From: an uncultured Verrucomicrobiae bacterium
GTDB lineage: Bacteria; Verrucomicrobiota; Verrucomicrobiia; Limisphaerales; JAFGQR01
DNA length: 64,000 nucleotides
Assembly: GCA_963788655.1 (NCBI GenBank)
Contig: CAWBHS010000072.1
Coordinates: 32,001 to 96,000 of the forward strand
Direction of reading: 5' to 3'
Part shown: positions 58,451 through 64,000 of the stretch, piece after piece
Numbering within the stretch: the stretch's first letter is position 1
How the letters are laid out: each line of letters opens with the position of its first letter
The notes under the pieces: generated by a model
Told to the model about the DNA's origin: nothing
The model's database searches: none
What the model saw: only the letters and a program-made list of their open reading frames with translations
Program-made: the position numbers and the translations under genes

Positions 58451-58977
58451 AAGAATACGCCGAATTGGACGAAAGTTCCCGTGATGATTGATCGGCGTGT
58501 CGATGATGGCGGCTGTTCCCCTGGCTCAGCTTTGGCCGCCAGCGAAAGTATTGCCCGTACGCGCAGATTCTGACATGACGAACTCGGGCCATCGCTGGGC
58601 GGGTCCATTTTTTTGGTCATTCCAGCGGTAGTGGTTTTCTTTATCATGTTCCATTAAATGGACCGCTGATCGGCAACCAGTCTTTATCAAACAGCGCAAT
58701 TTCTCACTCGCACTCATCCTATGATCTGTGAGGGTCGTCCACTCGCAAATTGTTCATGGTTAACCAGTTTTGCCATTGGGCGAAGTCGGAGGTGACGCCG
58801 GGTGATCATTGAATCCGCGAATCCCAAATCCATCCTCATTGAATAACGCAGAAGCAAATGGAATCCAATGGTTCACGAACTGAACCAACAAAGTCCTTGC
58901 TCCGGGCCTGCGCCTGCGGGTAATAGTATGGAACATGCTCCCCTTCGTGTGAAGTGGCTGGGCAGCTAGTTGTAACG

Positions 58978-59850
58978 ATGTTGAAGTATTGGAATTATCA
59001 AACTGGCGGGCTCCTGCTGGCGGCGGCAACGCTGCTCGTGGGCAGTTCGTCGTTCGGCAAGGATCTCGAACCGGAAGATCTGTATGCGCAACTGCTCCCG
59101 TCGGTGGTTACCTTGAAGGTCCGGAACGGCCAGGGAGAACATTTCACCGGCGCGGGCTTTTTGGCGTTGGCCCAGGACACCGCCGTTACCGCCTGGCACG
59201 TCGTGAGCGACGCGGTCTGCGTGACCGCCCAGTTTGCCAATGGCGATGAACGCGAAGTCCTCGGCGTGGTGGACAAAAGCACACTGCACGACCTGGCGTT
59301 GCTCAAATTGAGCAGCCGCGACCACCCGCTCACTCGCCTGGCCCAAACCGCCCCGCGCATTGGGGCCCGGGTGTACGTCATTGGCGCTCCGAAAGGCTTC
59401 AGTTTCAGTATTGCCGACGGCCTGGTCAGCCAAATCCAAACCGTGGACGGCTTCCCTCAATACCAGGTGTCGTGCCCCTTCTCCACCGGCAATAGCGGCG
59501 GTCCCCTCGTCAACGAGCAAGGCGAGGTCATTGGCGTTGCTTCCTGGAGCAAACTTGGCGCGCAAAATCTCAATTTTGCCGTCCCGGTTGAACTCATCGC
59601 GAAGTTGAATCCCCTTCATGAGGTGGTTCCCTGGGCCCAAGTGACCCTCCGGGAATCCCCGCCGAACGAACCGCAATTGCCTCCCGCCCTGGACGGCCTG
59701 GCCATCACCAGCGCCGCCGACAACTTGGCCGCCCAACCGGAGTTGAAGGCGTTACAGAAAGTGCTCAAAGCCGCCGGGGGTAAACCCATCACCCTTGTGG
59801 TGCGGCAGGATCAAATGGAGCAAACGTTCCACTTCATCATGCCGCGATAG
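58978..59850 (+). CDS. Secreted trypsin-like (S1C) serine protease without a clear PDZ domain
   Basis: Catalytic triad motifs TAWHV, DLALL and GNSGGP; NLNFAVP. Confidence 0.85.
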   Translation: MLKYWNYQTGGLLLAAATLLVGSSSFGKDLEPEDLYAQLLPSVVTLKVRNGQGEHFTGAGFLALAQDTAVTAWHVVSDAVCVTAQFANGDEREVLGVVDKSTLHDLALLKLSSRDHPLTRLAQTAPRIGARVYVIGAPKGFSFSIADGLVSQIQTVDGFPQYQVSCPFSTGNSGGPLVNEQGEVIGVASWSKLGAQNLNFAVPVELIAKLNPLHEVVPWAQVTLRESPPNEPQLPPALDGLAITSAADNLAAQPELKALQKVLKAAGGKPITLVVRQDQMEQTFHFIMPR

Positions 59851-60255
59851 TCACCCGTCGCCGCGGTCGTCGTCCCAGGAATCGCTGCCGTTCACCGTGG
59901 CTGGTGTTGGCTTGGGCTGGTCATTGCAACCGGGCCGTTGGGTTCAACTACGAACCGACACAGCCGTGAAAACCCTCCATTCTCCCACCCGCAGGCCAAA
60001 ATTGTCCAGTGACAGTCATCAGTATCAGTAAATCCATCCCCTGCCTCCAGCCCTCCGGCATCTGGCATTAAGAATCCGGCATCCCGTTTCCCCTCATTCT
60101 CAGCCATCCTTGCCAACCAGTTTCGGCAGGTCTGCAAATTGCAACTCTCGTGAAAGCGCCTTCTGCATTCTGCAAGTGGCGTTCGGTCGAGCCGCGCCGC
60201 GACAATTCGCCGGAAGCTGCTATTTTTCAATTGCTTATCAAGCGTTTCATATCGT

Positions 60256-60271
60256 TGGCATTTGGGAAGCT
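60256..60271 (+). promoter_or_regulatory. Candidate sigma54 promoter of the PRC-barrel gene
   Basis: TGGCATTTGGGAAGCT (GG-N10-GC), about 100 nt upstream; weaker -12 element. Confidence 0.4.
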
Positions 60272-60368
60272 CATTGTGGGTTTAGAATGAATGACGGTCT
60301 TCGGTCGCATTCGACGAAGCGAAGGCCAGTGAAAATGAATGACAACTGACACGACAGAAAGGATTCAC

Positions 60369-61505
60369 ATGACGAAGCAAAACAGAACACTGGTGACCGC
60401 GCTAAGCGCCCTGACGTTGTGCGCGGGCACATGGGTTTACGGGGCGACGAGTGACACCTCGCAATCCCCGATGAAGAATCAGGAACAACAAAGCCAAGGG
60501 CAAGAAAACCAAAATCGCCTGGCGGGCTCAATCAGCAGCCAACCGGTGCAATGCACGCGGGCCAGTGAATTGATTGGCCAGAATGTCTATGGCAGTGCCG
60601 GCAAGAAACTGGGGGACGTGGAAGATCTGGCCATTGACACGCAACACCATCGCGTGGCTGCCGTAATCGTCGGCCGCGGGGGGATTTTAGGAATCGGCGA
60701 AAAACTGTGCGCCGTACCCCCGGAATCGCTCAACCATGTGACGCGTCCGGAGACAATCCCGGCCGCGCCGCGCAATTCCAATGAAACCCCACCGACGGAA
60801 ATGCAATCGCGACTCACGTTGAACATGACTCAGACCCAGCTCCAACAGGCACCGGCTTTTGCCTGGAACAATGGCGATTACGGCAAGGAACTGGCGGCTG
60901 ATTACCGTCTTTTCAACCAGACTGCTTACTGGCAGCAAACCGACACGTCACGCCAATACGTGCGAAATCCCGAAACGGAGAACACCCCGACTCCCGCCCA
61001 ACCAAAGCAGGAATACGGCGAAAGGGGCAGTGGACACCAAGCTGGCGCAATGATGTCGCATGAGCTTCGGTTGAGCAAAGCCAGCGGCTTGATGGGCAAA
61101 GCCGTCCACGACAGCCAAGGGGAGAAAGTGGGCGACCTTAAAGACTTCGCAGTCGATCTGCGTTCGGGACGAATTGTCCTGGCCGTAATCGGCAGTGGCG
61201 GAGTGGTTGGGATAGGTGAAACGTTGCACGCCGTCCCGCCAAGCCAGATCCAATGGATTGCCAAGGACCAACCGCTGCAATTGAACGTTTCGAAGGCGAA
61301 GTTCGATGGTTCACCGCAATTCAAGACGGACGATTGGGCGCAATTGAACAATCGCCAGTGGACGCAGCAAGTGTACAGCTACTACAACCAGACTCCCTTC
61401 TGGAACTCGTCCGCACGCCAACCGGTGCGGCATCACGACTTGAATGACCAAAACCTCAATCAGCAGCAGAATTTGATTCCGGACAATAACAATCAACAAA
61501 AGTGA
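60369..61505 (+). CDS. Exported protein with two PRC-barrel domains
   Basis: RASELIG.NV....G.KLGDVEDL.ID...GG.LGIGEK..AVP occurs twice; signal peptide; Gln/Asn-rich tail. Confidence 0.88.
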   Translation: MTKQNRTLVTALSALTLCAGTWVYGATSDTSQSPMKNQEQQSQGQENQNRLAGSISSQPVQCTRASELIGQNVYGSAGKKLGDVEDLAIDTQHHRVAAVIVGRGGILGIGEKLCAVPPESLNHVTRPETIPAAPRNSNETPPTEMQSRLTLNMTQTQLQQAPAFAWNNGDYGKELAADYRLFNQTAYWQQTDTSRQYVRNPETENTPTPAQPKQEYGERGSGHQAGAMMSHELRLSKASGLMGKAVHDSQGEKVGDLKDFAVDLRSGRIVLAVIGSGGVVGIGETLHAVPPSQIQWIAKDQPLQLNVSKAKFDGSPQFKTDDWAQLNNRQWTQQVYSYYNQTPFWNSSARQPVRHHDLNDQNLNQQQNLIPDNNNQQK

Positions 61506-61613
61506 GGTCACGGCAAGGCAACGAGTCCTTTCGTCTTGCGAACGGACTTGAACCTTGCCCCCGCGCCGACCCAGGGTACCCTTTACCCTCCGTTGGCTTT
61601 GGGGAAACTGGGC

Positions 61614-61649
61614 AGGCTGGCGTCCCCTTTGGGACGCCGGCCTCTTTTT
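61614..61649 (+). terminator. Intrinsic terminator
   Basis: AGGCTGGCGTCCC-cttt-GGGACGCCGGCCT followed by CTTTTT. Confidence 0.7.
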
Positions 61650-61746
61650 GGCACCGTCGTCACTGGTCCGGTCCTGGAAGGCTCCCGTTCAAAAATGATT
61701 CGAGCCGAATTCAGGCGCCCGGACCGAGCCTTGAAAGTTGTCCGCC

Positions 61747-62718
61747 TCACCCCATCATAGCGTCCACGTTTTCCAGTGGCGTGCGCGCCGGGATGTCACA
61801 GCCGGAGGAGAGGACGAAGTTCCGGTACGCCGCGGTGTCGGTTCGTAGCTTTTCCGCGGTGGTGCGTATTTCCGCTGGCGTGGATTGGAGCAACACCCGC
61901 GTCGGATCAAGGTTGCCACAGACGATGACGTCCGGTCCTGCTTTGGCCAGTGCGGCGACGACGTCCATCGGCGGACCGAAGTGCATTACTTTCGCGCCGG
62001 TTTCGAGGATGCACGGCAGATGCACCAGCTTGGCTGCACAATTGTGATAGACGAGATTGAACTGCGCATCGTCCACGGCGGTGACGATCTGCCGAATGTA
62101 GGTGGAAGAATAGGCGGCCAGGGAACGGGGCGAGAGCAGACCCGCGGTCGGTTCGGCCATGATGACGCCATCAGCACCCGCCGCTTTGAAGGCTTGCGCG
62201 TAGGCCGTCAGGAATCGCGTGGTTTTGTCGAGCAGGAGATGCATCAGATCCGGATCTTCCATGGTCAGTTCCAGCGATTCACTGACGCCATACAAACGTC
62301 CCGCCAACGAAAAGGGGCCAATCATGCCGGCGAGCACGAAGGGCTGCTCCGGCAGCGTTTTCAAACGGCGCACGGTTTCCAGATACACTGTCCCGCGTCC
62401 GGCGGCGGGATCGGGAATCGGCAACTTTTGCGTGGCTTCGAGAGTCGTTACCAATCGCCCCACCACGGTCGGCGGATCGTCATCATTCATCATCAACTCG
62501 CAGCCAAACGTTTCCGCTTCGACGCTGAGATCCATGCAGGTCTGGACGACTGGCAACCGGTAGCGTTGGTGCAGCGCGGCCTGGGCTTCGTATTGCGCTG
62601 TGGCATCAGTCACCAAGTCCCGCACCCGCACACCAGTAAGCATTGCGCCGGGATAAGTGAGCACAGGCAAGGTCAGCCGTTCCGACCGTTGGATGATGTA
62701 ATCGGTGAATTGACTCAT
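61747..62718 (-). CDS. Uroporphyrinogen decarboxylase-fold protein of the MtaA/CmuA (MT2) methyltransferase type
   Basis: DLSVEAE.FG, GPFSLA, AEPTA, Zn motif HNC, GNLDP, SSGCDIP. Confidence 0.8.
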   Translation of the reverse strand: MSQFTDYIIQRSERLTLPVLTYPGAMLTGVRVRDLVTDATAQYEAQAALHQRYRLPVVQTCMDLSVEAETFGCELMMNDDDPPTVVGRLVTTLEATQKLPIPDPAAGRGTVYLETVRRLKTLPEQPFVLAGMIGPFSLAGRLYGVSESLELTMEDPDLMHLLLDKTTRFLTAYAQAFKAAGADGVIMAEPTAGLLSPRSLAAYSSTYIRQIVTAVDDAQFNLVYHNCAAKLVHLPCILETGAKVMHFGPPMDVVAALAKAGPDVIVCGNLDPTRVLLQSTPAEIRTTAEKLRTDTAAYRNFVLSSGCDIPARTPLENVDAMMG

Positions 62719-62928
62719 GCAAGATCGGACAAGCTCATAAGGCCAGTGGCGCGCGAGGGCAAGCCTGGAAATTTCAGTTGCTGCCCGCCACGTCGGCTTG
62801 CTGGCTTGCCGCAGCAGATTCCCAAGCGCACGGCCACTCCAGCCAACCGCCAGCCTATCGATTGAAAGTACGCGAGGTGAAGATGGCTTGGCAATTCCAA
62901 TCGACCAATAAAGGTTCGTAGCGGCTTA

Positions 62929-63122
62929 GCCGTATCAATTCAGTAGCTGGTGCTGCGATGAGGCAGTTCGGCGTGGTAGGACAGGCGTCTCGCCTGTCTC
63001 GAATAGCCCAAGGCATCCTCACCGTTTGATGACATAGAAATACTCGCGGCGCCGTGATACAAGTTGTTGGTTTGCACTCGTTCGGGACAGGCGGGACGCC
63101 TGTCCTACTGAATAGTCACGGC
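62929..63122 (+). mobile_element. 194-bp MITE/REPIN-like element, copy 2, flanked by TTA on both sides
   Basis: Same length and ends as the 31794 copy; TTA at 62926-62928 and 63123-63125. Confidence 0.85.
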
Positions 63123-63524
63123 TTAGGGTGTCAGGATTTCCAAATCTGGCGCGGCGTGGGCGAAGTGTGAGGGATTGCGCGTGACGACCCAACGAGCGCC
63201 TTTGCGGCGCGCAAACGTCGCATGGAGTGAGTCGTAAATACCGCCTCCCATTACTCCGCGGCGCGGTGTTTCACTAATCGCCTGTTCGTAATCCGCCAGC
63301 GGCAAAGGTTCGACCAGCAGACTGGCCTGGAGGCTCAGCGTCAATTCGACAGCGGTCGCCACTGGCACTATGTAGAAGCCGGTGAGCGTGGCGAAGATTT
63401 CCGCCAATGCGTGGGCGTTCGTGAAAGGTGCTTCGGACTCTTCCAGCGTTTCGCGGCAAGCGGCGTGCTCGGGATGCTTCGCCAGCAATGCTCCCACCAG
63501 AACGCCCGTGTCGAGAAATGTCAT
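63123..63524 (-). CDS. PIN-domain (VapC-like) toxin
   Basis: FLDTGVLV, LAE.FATLT, IYDSLH, TRNPSHF; overlaps the antitoxin stop. Confidence 0.87.
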   Translation of the reverse strand: MTFLDTGVLVGALLAKHPEHAACRETLEESEAPFTNAHALAEIFATLTGFYIVPVATAVELTLSLQASLLVEPLPLADYEQAISETPRRGVMGGGIYDSLHATFARRKGARWVVTRNPSHFAHAAPDLEILTP

Positions 63525-63769
63525 CGTTCGTAGTGTCGCGCTGCTTCGGTTGCGTCTGCCAACGGTGTGCTGGGCACGTCCCCCGTCCACACTTTCAATT
63601 TGCCGCGTTTGACAACCTTACCCTGCGTCGCGGGTTCCATCTCCAGCACGATCCGGCCCGGCGTCGCCGAGGCTTTGAGTTTTTGACCGCGCAGAACGCC
63701 GGCAGCCCGTCGCAATTCGCGGGGAAGAACGATCCGATTCGAGGCGTCAAGTTGTACAATCGTTGTCAC
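63521..63769 (-). CDS. AbrB/MazE/SpoVT-family antitoxin
   Basis: GTG start; VQLDASNRIVLPRELR..AG...G..L; directly upstream of the PIN gene. Confidence 0.82.
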   Translation of the reverse strand: MTTIVQLDASNRIVLPRELRRAAGVLRGQKLKASATPGRIVLEMEPATQGKVVKRGKLKVWTGDVPSTPLADATEAARHYER

Positions 63770-63875
63770 GCCAAGAATTTGGCGTGGTTGTGGCACGGTT
63801 TCAAACCTGAATCGATCCAAAACTCAGCGCATCTCACAGTTGCCAAGCCGAGATTTTCAGGTAAAAACTCCGGCC

Positions 63876-64000
63876 ATGTTAGCTCGCAAATCATTCATCA
63901 ATTCTGGGAAGCATCTCCTGGCCTTGGCCGCCCTGGCCCTAATGGGTTCGCTCGCTGCCAACTCATTAACCGCCGCGTGGCATCCGGCCCAAGGACCGCT
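63876..64000 (+). CDS. 5' end of an exported protein (possibly a glycoside hydrolase), cut by the window edge
   Basis: MLARKSFINSGKHLLALAALALMGSLAANSLTAAWHPAQGP: a signal peptide in an open frame. Confidence 0.45.
   Translation, partial: MLARKSFINSGKHLLALAALALMGSLAANSLTAAWHPAQGP

Noticed and set aside
62929..63769. Toxin-antitoxin pair as part of a prophage or defence island
   Set aside because: An isolated ordinary AbrB/PIN pair with no integrase, phage or other defence genes nearby.

Overview
This is a GC-rich bacterial chromosomal window. Gene content and style (mcsA-mcsB-clpC, an N-terminally extended BamD, an HYR-repeat giant protein ending in a 'YYRL' tail, and PVC-type REP repeats) suggest Verrucomicrobiota, which is an inference. 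In order, it holds: a complete hdrC-hdrB-hdrA-mvhD-mvhG-mvhA-maturation protease operon (group 3c [NiFe] hydrogenase plus heterodisulfide reductase); glnK-amtB; a ~3,100-aa secreted HYR-repeat protein; ilvE; mcsA-mcsB-clpC; a 3-gene minor-pilin cassette; bamD-lptE-PQQ propeller; an OPT transporter; an esterase; an LtaS-like protein; a major type IV pilin; a sigma54 activator, fliA, flgN and csrA with no flagellar structural genes; xseB-dxs-icd; a GH172-like enzyme; a divergent enolase paired with a kinase; a DUF4091-type glycosidase; a serine protease; a PRC-barrel protein; an MtaA/UroD-family methyltransferase; and an AbrB/PIN toxin-antitoxin pair. Six GG-N10-GC (sigma54-type) promoters are visible, along with two MITE families and four REP-doublet families. 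Many otherwise intact genes carry single-base indels, most likely long-read errors. The best candidates for an undescribed system are: (1) a flagellum-free sigma54-to-sigma28 circuit with CsrA sites in the fliA leader and an orphan FlgN-CsrA operon, tied to type IV pilin genes; (2) a kinase plus an active-site-altered enolase; (3) bacterial MvhADG-HdrABC; (4) a repeat scaffold that carries guest domains inserted inside its repeats. No tRNA, rRNA or CRISPR array was seen.
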